DNA of 40,285 bases from Bigelowiella natans CCMP2755 (Eukaryota; Protista; Cercozoa): the NCBI GenBank assembly GCA_000320545.1, contig ADNK01000400.1:1-40285 (forward strand), given 5' to 3'. Positions 1-12,787 of this stretch are shown piece by piece. The notes beneath the pieces are model-generated. The model did no database searches, was not told the DNA's origin, and saw only the letters and a list, made by a program, of their open reading frames with translations. A program made the translations under genes and the position numbers. Position 1 is the first letter of the stretch. Every line of letters starts with the position of its first letter.

Positions 1-784
1 CAAAAGGATGGAAGAATGGCACGTAGGCAATCATCCGTTCCTAGTTTCATTGTTTTTAGTACCAGTTTCAGGACGAGCATCCCTAATCCTGACGATGATG
101 GTTTGCTCATGCTGGAGATCACAAGCAAGACACCACACATAGAACCCCAAGAGAACAATCCCCATGGACCACACTTTCACGCTCTGCTTCGCCCCTACCA
201 CTACATCTCCAGCAACAGAGCAGAGGCCTACAAAATGGTTCTTTCTTACGATCTACAAAGATAAATTCATGTCTCGATCCATCTTCGGAAGGGATGAAAT
301 GCAGCTTTTTCCCCCCCCCCCCCCCCCCTTTTTCTTTGTATTACGTTGCTACCGAGCAGCTGCTTACTTTGTGGCCTAATATGCCTGACAAGTCAACCTT
401 GCCAAGGGTGAGTGGTGGACGGATGGTGGATCGTTTAGCCCCCCCCCCCTCTCCCCTCTTTCTCCCCCCCTGTGTGTATATATACCTGTGTATAATTATA
501 AATTATGAAAGTAGCGTCTCTGATTGATAACGAAATCTATAGTAGCAACTAGTGAGCGACCGCTATGTCTTTTGATGCTCTTTCTCCTCCCGCCTCTGTC
601 CCTTTCTACCCTCCCCCCTCCAGAGTAAAATTCTGGGTCTGGCACGCATACGTGGCACTCAGAAATACGAGGATGTACGTACTGCTGCGGTCGATGAAAA
701 TGAAGATGTGTTTTGTGGTGTTGACACGGTCTCCCTCAACTCTATAGCCATATCACAGCAGTTCAAAGAGCAGTAGTCGTCGTC

Positions 785-815
<31 letters not shown>

Positions 816-2507
816 CTGATTTGATGCCTTCGCTTCGTTATGTAAATCTGATGTCGATTGGCTTTCCCCTCCCATCACCAAAAAGAAACGATGCACTTTT
901 TCATGTCCCCCTCAGGACAAAGAGGGTTGGGCATTAGAAGGATGGAAGGGATGGGTCATAGACAAGGTAAGCAGGCTACACATGGTATTAGAAGGAGAGG
1001 GGGGGGGGGGGGGGGACAGCAAATATAAACACATCATGATATGAGAAACAAATAAGGGAGATTGATTCGTCATCTTCTCATCTATGCAGGTAATTCAGCT
1101 GCCTCCTCGGTCGCAAATTCCAGCTAAAGGACTGCTCGGTAAGCATTGTACGCGTTCCCCCCCCCCCCCTCTCCTATACAGGAAGTCCCCTCTTAATCTA
1201 ATCCAAATTTAATACCCGCCTCGTAGGGCTCTGGAGAGTGGATCCATCAGCGTCCTTGGTTTTGGAGACCATCTTGAGAACTCTGCTGAGCAGTACGTGC
1301 TGTGTCTGCCTCCTCCTTGCTTCTTTCTCATCACCGATGCTATATAGCAACACGCCCTGCTACTACTGCTATATTCCTCCTACCACTGGACAACCATATG
1401 CATGCATGTGTAGTTTCAACGTGGAGAGAGAGTATTATAATAATATAGTATTTATCATTTAGTTATTTTTCCATTCTGCTACCATCAATCATATGTACGC
1501 GTGTTTTCAGCGTTTTATTTTTAAGAATTCGAATTCTGAATCCTTTCATTTCTTTCGCCTCGTTATGATCACCATCAGGATCTCCCTCCCCTTGGTTTTT
1601 GTCTGGTCGTGACGCTGTCTTGGCCAGCGATGCTCCGATTGCTCCAGAGCATCCAGCTCCCAGGTTCACCAAACCTAAACAGCAGCAGCAACAACAGCAA
1701 AAAGGGAAAAAACAATCAATGGCAAGGCCTATTACAGCAGCAGCAGCAGCAAGAAGAAGAGGAGGTGGAGGAGGAAAGCCAATGGTAAAAGCAGTGTTAT
1801 GGAGAAATAAGAAGCAGCAGCAGCAGCAGCCGTTCCACAGCGACAGCGGAGGTTATCCCTCTTCTTCTTCTTCTTCTTCTTCTTCTTCTTCTCATATATC
1901 CTTCGGTAACAACACCTACTACCCATATCACAACAACTACCATCTCCAAAAAGCTTCTTTGGTCGTGCCGCCTCTCGTGACCACCACTACCAACAACTTC
2001 CATCGCGAGGATTCGGCAGCGGCAATGCCCTCTTCTTCCTCTTCATACGCCTCCTCGTCCTCCTCGTCCTCCTCCTCCTCCTCCTCCTCCTCCTCCTCTT
2101 CTTATTTGAGCTCGGCTACTACCACAGCAACAGCAGAGGACCCGCAGCAGTCTATTATTCCCAGCCAACAATATCTCGCCCCCCCCTCCGCTACCGCCCC
2201 CGCAGCGAGCAAAATGAACCCTGAGCAGGTGGCACGGGAGATCTTCCGCTACATGTCGGGGGAAGCGTCTACCAATCCGCTGGCCAGCGTGCAGGAGCTA
2301 CCCCCCTCTCTCATGCCTACCCGCACCCCACCCTCTACTTCCTACTACCATCCCAATAACCAGATATCTCACAGGGCCCTCAGTGACGGCTCTGCTGACA
2401 GCAGCGGCGGAGTAACGATGTACTACCAGCACCATCAACAGCATCATCCATTCAACCAGACTTCGGCAACAATGAAGAGGGGGGGTGGGAGGCAGTGCTC
2501 CTTATAG
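1..2507 (+). CDS. ASCH (ASC-1 homology, PUA-like) domain protein with long low-complexity S/Q-rich C-terminus; multi-exon, 5' end outside window
   Basis: GT-AG exons (..407, 624-674, 916-966, 1090-1138, 1227-1292, 1579-2507) join in frame to LLTLWPNMPDKSTLPR-SKILGLARIRGTQKYED-DKEGWALEGWKGWVIDK-VIQLPPRSQIPAKGLL-GLWRVDP. This matches the ASCH C-terminal pattern LPxGxIxG...W...WxI...IPxKGxLGLW. Exon structure upstream of about 340 is unresolved. Confidence 0.7.
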
Positions 2508-2989
2508 CAGTAGCAGTAAGTAGCGGTTCTAGTAGCACTACTAGCAACACCTCTACCAGCAACAACTACTGCTGCAATGTACAGCAGCGACAGCAAAAGC
2601 AATGCGACATTATCATCGAGTGCGATGACCGCACACATATAATATCCAGGACATATACACAATAGCACCTGCAGTAACACTTTACAGATCGGTGACTCTA
2701 CTCTTCCCGTCGACTAGACGAGTACTAGCATTTTACAGACAAATCCGATTTTGACAAAATTACTGTTTCGGTTTGTTCTGTTGTTTAGCTACATAAATGT
2801 ACTTTATGAAAATGATTATTTATCTCTTAATTAATAATAAAACGACGTCTAAGAACAAATAATGGAATGATTCATGTTGCTTATCAGTTATATTAGAGAC
2901 CACACGTTGCGCGCGATGTGCTGAGAGCAACATGTGAGCGTGTAGCTGATCCTTCCGACCAGTGAGCTAAAAAATGAGTAAGGTGCACC

Positions 2990-3545
2990 CATGCTAGCAT
3001 GGCTAGATAGAGGCAGAGTCAGTGCGCCAGCACAAAAGCAACATGTCTAGATGTACACAGGTCATCTGTACGAATGTCTTCACCTCACTAAAACTATTTT
3101 AGTATTGAGTAATGTCTGGTTGGTATTCTAGTATTGCTAGATTGTTATTGGGCGATCTTAACGACGCACGCGCATATCTAGATATGCTTCTATTCTTTAG
3201 ATTCCAGTCACTTTGCTGGCGCCGGCTGTATATCTCCACGTACTAGCGTATCCGGCGCGCGTGCACACCCAGACTCATCATAGCGATTGACACAAATCCG
3301 GCTGGGCGTTGGCCAAGCAACCTAGCAATGACTCGCTAGCTCGGTATGTATGCTAGCTAGCATGAGCCTAAATGATGCGGTGCTGTCGTTACATCCCCCT
3401 CTAGCCCTTCCAGACACCGCGCTCTGCGTTCAGCTTGTTGCTTATACACGGATCAAATTTTAGTTGTCGTCCGCTTTTTTAGCAACATCTCGGTTAGACA
3501 CACCGCATGTTAGCACGCGTGCGTATTGCGTAGTACTCTAGCTTT
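2990..3545. other. CTAG-rich intergenic spacer between convergent ASCH and TFB2 3' ends
   Basis: About 13 CTAG by hand count in about 560 bp; no ORF of 60 aa or more and no microsatellites. Confidence 0.75.
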
Positions 3546-3683
3546 ATTTATATTAAAATATGAACCACGCATACTATGCAAAACGTACAGGAAATGATTT
3601 GCTCGCCTAATGGCTCGCCGTTCGGATCCCAGGACAACTGTTATTGTCTCCTTATTTACCACCACGCGGCATTTTCTCCACCG

Positions 3684-4010
3684 CTACCGTCTTTGTAGGG
3701 AAGGTTCTTGTTTTATCTTCTCATAACCAGCTGCTGTGATGAACATGTTGCGGGAGTCATGCCACAGCTGTTGACTACTTTCCTTCGTCTGCATGTGCTC
3801 TAGAATGCGCTTATACCTATCATTCTCATCTGCACTAAATTGCAATAGGTGTCCAACAGAGATCTGCGAGAAGATATAATAACGGCAAAGAGACGAGACG
3901 ACCACACACAACACGTAGGCAGATAAACGCAATGTTTAATGTATATGGTGCACTGATCACCCTCCACTCCCTCCCCCATGCTTCAACACACATACACACA
4001 CACACACACA

Positions 4011-4053
<43 letters not shown>

Positions 4054-4065
4054 GCACGCACACAT

Positions 4066-4107
<42 letters not shown>

Positions 4108-4153
4108 CACAAATTTTCTCAAATATAGTTTCAAATCGTGGATGCTTGGGAAG

Positions 4154-4229
<76 letters not shown>

Positions 4230-6171
4230 TATATCACTACTCCCATGTTCGCCATCAGATTCACCCTTTCCCCTCTCTCATCAAAGCCTATTGTTATATT
4301 ACTATTTATCATCATCATTTTTGTTATTACGCTGAATCTATTGCGCTCAGCCTCCCACAGTCGTATCTGACCGACCACTGTTTGTGGAAGGGCACGCCCT
4401 GTCTGCTCATTCCGCTTCATACGCGGGCTGGCGTACTGCTCCAAGTACCTGGAAGAGGAAGAAGAAGAAGAAGAAGAAGAAGGAGAAGGAGAGGAGGACG
4501 ACAAGAGCAGGACATCGTCAGCTAGAAAATCATGAAAAAGGGATGTGTTAATACTGAGCGTCTTGCAAAGATAAAGGAACTGTATATGATATCCAAGAAG
4601 CAGCAGCAGCAGCTGCACATAAGACATCAAAAAGTAGAAGGTAATCTAAAGGTCCTTAAATCGCAGCGCAGAAAGCTTTCCTCCCTATCGATGTCGCATC
4701 TCGTAAGCGCGGTGTAAATCTCATGTATCTCTACCGCATTGACTTTTACTTCTCCGAAATCATCTTACATCAACATATGATGTAATAATAGCAACAGTAA
4801 TCGTTCGACATGTGCATTAACATGTGATAACAATTTGTATTCCCCCCCCCCCCCCCCCCCCCCCGTACCCCCACTGATGATCCCGTCCCCCGTAATGCCG
4901 TTTCGGAGCGCCGCCGATATGCTCACGTTGGTTATGCGGCCGACCTTATTTATTGCATACGATATATCAATATCTGTACATATATGCACATGTATATGAA
5001 TATATATATATATATATATATATATACTACACGTACATGAAAGTTAATAATATTTCTATACTCGACACCCAAAACAAAGGTTCGTTTCCTGGCCAACACG
5101 CTACTCAAAGCCATCTCCAGCCGCAGAAGAAGAAGAAGAAGAAGAAGAAGAAGAAGAAGAAGAAAAATAAATAGTAAGAGTAGTATTTTGCTTGCTTGCT
5201 CACGCACCACGAGATTCGGTAGACGGACGTCCAATCGGACAAATTTGCGGAGGATTTTGATTTGAAACTCCGAGCTCGTGAACCTGTGGAAAAAAGCAGT
5301 AGAAGAAGACGGATCGACTTTACGCGGCTAAGGGGAATAGAGGATTGCACGCTCTGACGATGGTGACGTCGGGTGGTACTGCTGTGGCTGGGATGATGAT
5401 AGCAATAGCGATAAGAAGGCTTATTACGCGTAGAGTCTCATGGTGGTCTCGACGATGATTTTGCCATGGCCTTGGCCCAGCGTGTTCTCAAGTGTGACAT
5501 CTTCCGTAGAGGAGAGCGACAATGCGAGGGCAGTTGGGTAATAGCTACAAGAGAAGAACGAAGGAGGAGGAGGAGAAGAAGAAGAAGAAGAAGAAGGCGA
5601 AGAGGGAAGAGGAGGTTGCGAGCGGGGCGTCAAGAAAGACTATCACACAATATGCTTCATACTAAATCCTCTTCTCTCCCCCTCTCCCTTTCCCTCTCTC
5701 TCTCTGTTTGCTCTCCTCGCACTTCCAAGGGTGTGCAGACGTTGAGAGACGGAGGAGGAGAACTCCTCGCATAGCGGCACTACTGCTAAACGTGTCCACA
5801 TCCCAGCTCAGCAGATCCCCCCCCCCCTCCTTCTCCTCTTTCCCCCCCTTACTCTCAGAATACTCCTGTATCTCAACCAACAACATCATTTCGCTGAACG
5901 TACTTTTTCCTCTTTGCTTTGCTCTTGGCGTGAATCAGGCCGATGTTGCGTAGGTCGTCGAGGAGAGACTTCTCTTTGCTGCTGAGCGTAGCTTTGATAT
6001 TGTAGCCGGTGCCAAGGTGCTGGTGGCTGAGACGGAACAAAAACTGCAACACGTCCTGCTCACTCACACCAGACTTTCGGCTATGGAAGAGTACGACGAC
6101 ACATATAGATGAAACACACACACACACACACACACCCATAGTCAGTGTTGTCAGCAGATACTCATGTATTA

Positions 6172-6225
<54 letters not shown>

Positions 6226-6404
6226 AAAGTAGGTAGGTAGGTAGGTAGGTAGTGGCTCGGGGGGAGGGGGGATACCTCTGGTTTTTCTTGTGGCGAACAT
6301 ATCCGAGGAGAAACGACCAGACCTGCCGTCGCTGTGGAAGGAAAAGAAATCGGAAGCCCTACAGCAGTACGGAATACAATAAACCACACGCACGCACGCG
6401 CGCG

Positions 6405-6435
<31 letters not shown>

Positions 6436-6857
6436 ATATTTATGTGAGTAAAGGAGCATGATCAAAGCAGCCGGGCGGCCATGGATATGAGTGTAGCACG
6501 TGGCACCTTTGACGTTACGGCAAGATCCCCCGTTGTTTCCTACATACAAAAAAATTCGTGTCGAGTGTGTGATTTTTGTATTGCATCGATAAGAGGGTTG
6601 CGGGGGGGGATGGGCAGAGGCCCACATGACCTTAAACACACACGTATAATAATTCTCGATTACACACTGAATAGTGAAGCAGACGTAGAGGGAGAGTAGT
6701 GAGGAGGACAGGAGAATAAGGCGACCTTTTCTTCCACCAGACCAGAACACGTGAGCAATTTTCGGATCAGATCCTCTCGCGCCCGCATATCAATCCGCTT
6801 CTTCTCGTTCAGCTCCGATTCTATTTCCATATCGATCTTCTTCCGGTACCTTCATGC

Positions 6858-6893
<36 letters not shown>

Positions 6894-8029
6894 GTACATA
6901 TGACCACGTACAATCAACAAGGATATAAGGAGTCAGCGTGTCAGAATGGGAAATTAAATCATATAGCGATCACCCCTTGCAAGCAAGCAGTAGTTTCCAC
7001 TGCACCCTGCTACGTCTACTGATTATTGAAACTTACTCTTCAGGGTCATCGGCGATGAGGTATTGCATGATCTGGTCCCAAGATGCGCGTGCGTGATTAG
7101 ATATTTTCTTTATCTCGTCTGCGGCCATATCTCCGACCCCGCCGAATAGCACCCCCTCCTTAACGAGTTTCTGCAAACTCTGCTTGAAGTTCCTTTCGAT
7201 TACGTAGCATCCTCTCTGGTCCTGCTGCATGATGTGCAGCTTCTCCAGGCGCTGGAGCGAGCTGCGAAGGGCGGCCGAGCTTTTCCCTGTGCCCCCGCTG
7301 CTTGCATGGGTAGATGTGGAGGAGGAGGAGGAAAATTGGAGGCTAGATGATGGCGATTTCAACCTGTTGTCGGGTTTCACCCAACGCGAGATCACACGGA
7401 GAGAAACGCCCTTGTCGTTGAGCCAGAGCATGCGCATCACTATGTTCTTAGCCAAGGGAGGGAGCGAACGATGGACTGAGATGGCGGTGTGGATGTCTCG
7501 ATACCTGCCAATCAGTGACATAAGAATGATGGTCTTAACCGCAATCTAGATTTCCTCAATCTCTCATTCTCTCTCTCCCTCTCTCCCCTCTCCCTATTAG
7601 GAAAGTCTATATGATGAAATTCATACTCCCCCTCCCCTCCCTTCTCATTGGTCGAAATGAATATTACAAGCTCTCTTTCAGATCGAGGTTCACTATGTAA
7701 TCCAGGATTGAGTCTCCGTCTTCCGCAAAGGCGTCGTGGATAGAAGATGCCCCTTGTAACGACGAAGAGCTATTGAAGACCTGAAAGGATGTAGGATAAA
7801 TCAAGGCAGCCTAGTGGTCTAAAACCCCCTAAATCCGTGCTATTTTCAATAAAATCCGCCTCTTCTCATCCGGTGAACAATGAACAATGAACAATGATGA
7901 AAAACTACATTTCCAAAGTGTGACAAGACACTTGCAATGTGCGAAATGCAGCGCCTCGAACTGGCGGTTATAATATCGAAAGGATGGGAAAGGAGAGGGA
8001 TAGCATACACTCACTTCGTCCATCTCCAT
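3684..8029 (-). CDS. TFB2: General transcription/DNA repair factor IIH subunit 4 (p52/Tfb2), about 12 exons
   Basis: Spliced exons give recognisable Tfb2 motifs in order: [137 protein letters not shown] at 8029 (MEMDE|gtgagt); stop at 3684. Confidence 0.93.
3984..4226. repeat. Compound microsatellite (CA)n(CT)n...(TA)n...(CA)n(GA)n in last TFB2 intron
   Basis: Directly visible. Representative of dozens of intronic di- and trinucleotide repeats and C/G homopolymers across the window. Confidence 0.95.
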
Positions 8030-8608
8030 TGCCTTGACATCGTTTCCCTAGTACGTTTGGAATACAGAAAAAAAATATATCGTTGCCAATTAAAGAGAGA
8101 GCGGGAAGGAGGAGAGCAACCAGGAGCATGTGAGCACCTACATGAACTACCTCATTTTGCTGAAGATGGCGTGCGGATTTTTCGTCTCCCACCATGTTCT
8201 TGGTGTGTTGTTGCTTTGATCGATTGGTTTGTTCGAGCTGTGGGAGGTGCCGCAAATATGCTTGCGACTACTACCTGTCGCCCGTTTGTCAGATAAACGC
8301 CCTATGTTTTTGCGACACATTTGTATCGGAAGAAATTGGGGCAGCCACCAAGCAAACAAGGTAAGTTTCAGTAGGGTTTACTTCGCTTCAGATTCATGCT
8401 GGGAATATCCGAAGCTTGTGAGGAGGAGAAATGACAACACTAACAATAACTTTGTTTTTCCTGCGCTCTTATGCGGCCGACAAGCGGCGGCCGGCTACGT
8501 GCTCTCATATTCCTCTTTTCTTCTTTCCAAGGTGGGTTGATTGATTCATCGATCATCGACCAATCCCTCCACCGTCTTCCCCCTGCTACGTCAGTATCCC
8601 TTCATCCC
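8030..8608. promoter_or_regulatory. Putative bidirectional promoter/5'UTR region, TFB2 and DUF1995 gene
   Basis: 579 bp between divergent start codons; positional inference only. Confidence 0.5.
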
Positions 8609-8967
8609 ATGGCGGTCGAACCGGTATGGGCTCGTGCCTCATGGCCGCGTCCCAGAGGGAATAGCGGATTAAGGCGACAACGACAAAAGACGCTGTTATT
8701 GCTTCTTGTGATTCCCGCTGCCATGGTCATATTTTGCATATACGGGGCAGATAGGCTCCATTCCCATCTTGCAGCTCCACTAGGCATTTCACATAAAAAT
8801 GGGTTCCGCTCGATGTCTTCTAGTTACCCACTAGCGGCTGGTTCTTTCATTGTAGCACATTCACACCAGCGTCGAGTCGCCCACTCCTTCTCAGCTTGCA
8901 CCGCCGTTTCAGGCGAGATCGAGGAGACACAGGTGAAATGCTTGACTCGTGATATTGCTTATCAGTT

Positions 8968-9022
<55 letters not shown>

Positions 9023-10337
9023 CTCCTCTTCACTCTCCGACAAAGAACGTACGCCACTTCATACTCATATACGAGTATCTTCTTCTGCTGCTGCTATCGC
9101 ACGCCATCTCTGACCAGCATATAATTCTATCTCCCAGCTTCCACGCACGAGTGACGAGATGGTTGAGCAAGCTTCTGCTGTCGTCCGGGCCGCGGTCGAA
9201 GACGGGAAGCGAAGGCACCGTCTCGACTTTATTCTCCCCATTAACGAGAAGAAGTACGACTTCCTCGCAATTGAGTCCATGGATTATCCATGCAGTCTCT
9301 CCGAGGAGTTTGAGACTGCTGTCCGTCTCGGAAAGCAAGTGCTCTCTAATGTCGCTGGTTCAAGCGAGACAGATATTACAGAAAGGCGGTTGGATGAGGG
9401 GGGGGTTGAGGGGGACCCATCAATGCTTCTGCGCTTAGGTATGGTTTCAGTCATAGCCTTCCCCTTTGCAGATAACCTCGACGCTATTCGACGTGAAGCA
9501 GAGATGGATGGTGGAAAGAGGACAATAATTCTACTCAATCCGCAATGGAACGACCAAGGTTTTTTAAACTCCATCACTTGGTCACACTTCAATCATCGTG
9601 CGAGTTTTTGCACCTTGAACAAGGGATGATGTTCCGCCGCTCTTTTCCTAACAATATTAGGCCAGGTTGTCTCTGATTTCGGGTTTGGACCGTGGAAGAA
9701 AAGAGCAGAAGATTTTTTGGCAACTTTTGAAACCTCATTCACTTTGGCTGAGCAGCGAATCGGTGCTCCTAGCTCCCTATCTTTGCAAGACGGTAAGCGA
9801 TACAGTGATGGAGGGGTGGTTAGAGTCCTGCGAAAGTATCCAAGCCCACATGTCGCGTTCGTCATGGCTGTTGACGGAGCATCTCAAGCGATAGGTAGGT
9901 TTTTAGATTGGTGCAAACACTTTGTACATGCTCGAAATATTGCACATGCGTACTGGTTTTTGATTATCTTGAATCGAGACTGTGAGACCAAGATATCAGT
10001 ATGGTGACTCATTTCTTGATGCATAGGGAGTTTCCTTGAGTTCCCGAGCTACAAGGAGCTTGAAGTCGCCATCCAGGAGGGAAGGGAGAAAAACCTGGAG
10101 ATCTTTGATTACGCCAAAGACGCTGTCATGCCTAACCCCTTCGCGCAATCAAATCTTGATGCTTCCTCTGCTTCCATCAATGATGTTGGAAGCCTTTTAG
10201 AAAGCATGGATAAGACAGCTATCCGACAAGCACTTGAAAAGCGAGGGCTTCCAACGAGCGGAACTATGGCAACAATACGGGATCGCTTAAGAGATGCAAT
10301 TGAAAACGAACGCCCAGAGGAAGGTAGTGCAAGTTAA
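8609..10337 (+). CDS. Plastid-targeted DUF1995 (LPA3-like family) protein with C-terminal SAP domain
   Basis: Exons 8609-8932, 9138-9558, 9661-9894 and 10027-10337 are in frame. Leader with hydrophobic LLLLLVIPAAMVIFCIYG then an S/R/A-rich transit-like segment. DUF1995-like motifs LPRTSDEMVEQASAVVRAAVEDGKRR and IILLNPQW...SDFGFGPWKKRAEDFL. SAP-like MDKTAIRQALEKRGLPTSGTMATIRDRL. Confidence 0.8.
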
Positions 10338-10419
10338 TTGAGCAGTTGAAAGCAGTTGTAATTTGTGATAAAGCTATTCTTAAAAATTGCATCATCATCA
10401 TGTACTCTTATAGATATAA

Positions 10420-10945
10420 GTACGCACACGTGCGTGTGTACGTGTCGTGTAATATCTGCACTCGCTAGCATGCACAATTATACAATGTTGTGCGCAACGA
10501 CAGGGATATATGAGCGCATCATGCCTAAAGCAATGCTACATGAGCTGTAACGTCTGTTGTAATGAGATATGTACGCCTGGGACGCGCTAAATGACATGCA
10601 CAGTGCAGATTTTTTACACAATGTGTATGTGTATGCAATATTGCAGACTGACGCTGATCGCCGTTACATGATGTATACGCTAGGCACGCTCGTTGTGCGC
10701 TCTGCGCCTGATGATCATGAGCCTATGTTAGCCATAGGCACGTTTAGTCAGTTACCCCAGCTAGATGCCAAACGTAACGCTACATTGTAAAGGCGAGTGC
10801 CAGTGGCTAGCATAGCAAACGCACACCAAAGCAAATTGCGTTTACACCCGCATATGTACGCCCGTGTGTGCTAGTATGTCTAGATGTGCGAATACGCTTT
10901 CATTTGATGTGCAATCAAATAACTATCTAGCTATGCATGAACGTG
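10420..10945. other. CTAG/purine-pyrimidine-alternating intergenic spacer between convergent DUF1995 and YOP1 genes
   Basis: About 7 CTAG plus many CATG/TGCA/GTAC; same texture as the other spacers. Confidence 0.6.
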
Positions 10946-11205
10946 CTCCACGTTTACAATGTAAAAGTTGTAACAATGCATCTGATTGTGCAAAATCTTT
11001 GAAATTTGTTCGTCATAGAGTGTAATAACAATAAATAAATATCGATACACAACATGTAACGCAATCGCCTTTCGGTTCTCGCGTGGTTGCTGGGTGTTTG
11101 ACGGTGCGGATCGATCGAAGTTTGGCATTCAAAACCTTTAAAATTGATTTTCAAGGGGCCAAAATTGTGTGGATATCTATATTTAAATGGTAAAATAGAA
11201 ACCGC

Positions 11206-12248
11206 TCAGATTTCATTCGTATCTTGCTCCAGTGGTTGCTCATCTTCCGGTTCATTCTCGACATATTGTCCTCCCGGGCTGGGCACGCCCATTGGCTGAA
11301 TAATTCAATAATCAAAAGCTTGTACTCGAATCTGTGAAAATAAATGTACCTCTGCATCATCAACTTCGACAGGATCGCCGAATTTTGCGAAAATGTTTTC
11401 GTAGATGTGTGTTGAACCCTAAGAAAAAAAACATTAACATTCATTGGTATTATATTTCAAAGGGACAATTTGCATTCTTTTATATTCCACCTTTGTGCTG
11501 GTGTGGAAGCACCAAACGAGGAACATTAACTTGAGCCAATGATAGAATGGAATACTAAAAAAATTCGATAACGTGTTAGCCATTGCAAGGATCAATAGAG
11601 GGTCAGACACTACCACTCTTCAACATAATCTGTTATGGACTCGATCACGTTGAAAATGTTGAAGATCAGCCTGTAAACATACATCCTTCATAAGTCACAA
11701 TGATATATCAGCTTATTTATTACACAAACCAGTAAGTAATCCAGAAGGGTCCATCGATGGTGCCAGATCTCAATTTCGCGAGAGATAGAATTGCAGGGGG
11801 GAAGAAGCAAACCGCTTTACTGAGAAATAACACCGCAGTGAAATGTTTGCTTAGATTCTTCAATATAATTTACACTTCGAAACAGGTATGATCACATAAA
11901 ATAAAACAAATTATAAGTGCCGGGGCAAAGAATCGAAAATTAGTAGGTTGGTGTTTTTTCCGTTTTTGATTTTTACGCGAAGAATTCTTGTCCAAAGACC
12001 AGGATCGAGAAAAGTGCAAGAATGAACCCTGCCCCGATTACGAGTATTCCTGGCTTGATTCCAGTTTGTTTCTTTACTTTCTTTGCCAATTCTGAGACAA
12101 ATATCAAGTTTGAGATACCTTCCTTCTTAAAACGGAAGCCACAGACACACGTATCTCCCACTATTTTCCTGGATTGCTGACCGTTGTCCTTGAACTGTTC
12201 GTTGAGATCAGTTAGGATCTCCTTTGCCTTGGCTTTGAGCGTTTCCAT
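11206..12248 (-). CDS. YOP1: TB2/DP1/HVA22 family ER-shaping protein (Yop1/REEP5-like)
   Basis: Exons give METLKAKAKE...KKQTGIKPGILVIGAGFILALF..., FPPAILSLAKL...FWITYWLIFNIFNVIESITD, IPFYHWLKLMFLVWCFHTSTKGSTHIYENIF, then an acidic tail ending at TGA 11208-11206. Short AT-rich introns. Confidence 0.88.
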
Positions 12249-12659
12249 GATGTGTGAGGAGGTTTTGACAGTGGGTGGACAAAGGTAGTGTGAGTTGGGG
12301 GACGGGTATGCGAGATGTGACGCCTGACTCGTAGTACATGTACCCGCACACTTGCTCACTTCTTTGTCGCATGGGGAAAATACATATGATTTCCATGGAT
12401 TTCCCTCTGGATATTTCGTCGTACCTCCAAAAAAGGATATGTATTTAGAATGGTGCAGCAAATGGTTGTCTCTCCAGCGAAAATTACGGGAGAACAAGGA
12501 AGGTATCAGTTATTCAGAAAATATCAGTCATTCCAGACGAATCCCGGTACTGGCACCATCTTCGAACTTCTGTGTCTAAAATTCCATCGGAATTCTGTAC
12601 AAATTAAGCTGCGTAGTTCAGGTTATTAATCGTTTACTACACCGGTTTAAACTACATTT

Positions 12660-12787
12660 TAGATCTAGATCTATAAACAATGTAGATGACTACGAGTTGT
12701 TAATAACTTTTCCATATTAATAATCACCTAGATTGTAGATCCTAGTTCTATGCATGTATTTACATGTAGATCTAGATCTAGATCTAC
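12660..12787. repeat. Two (TAGATC)n perfect palindromes, 14 bp (12660-12673) and 22 bp (12766-12787)
   Basis: TAGATCTAGATCTA and GTAGATCTAGATCTAGATCTAC each equal their own reverse complement. Confidence 0.9.

Noticed and set aside
3932-4630. 197-215 aa ORFs with HTHT/YIYI/RERE/LSLS runs, and many similar ORFs elsewhere
   Set aside because: Translations of intronic microsatellites; only the embedded TFB2 exon is real.
4532-4717. 61-aa antisense ORF nested in a TFB2 intron
   Set aside because: Short, no homology cue, and of a size expected by chance.
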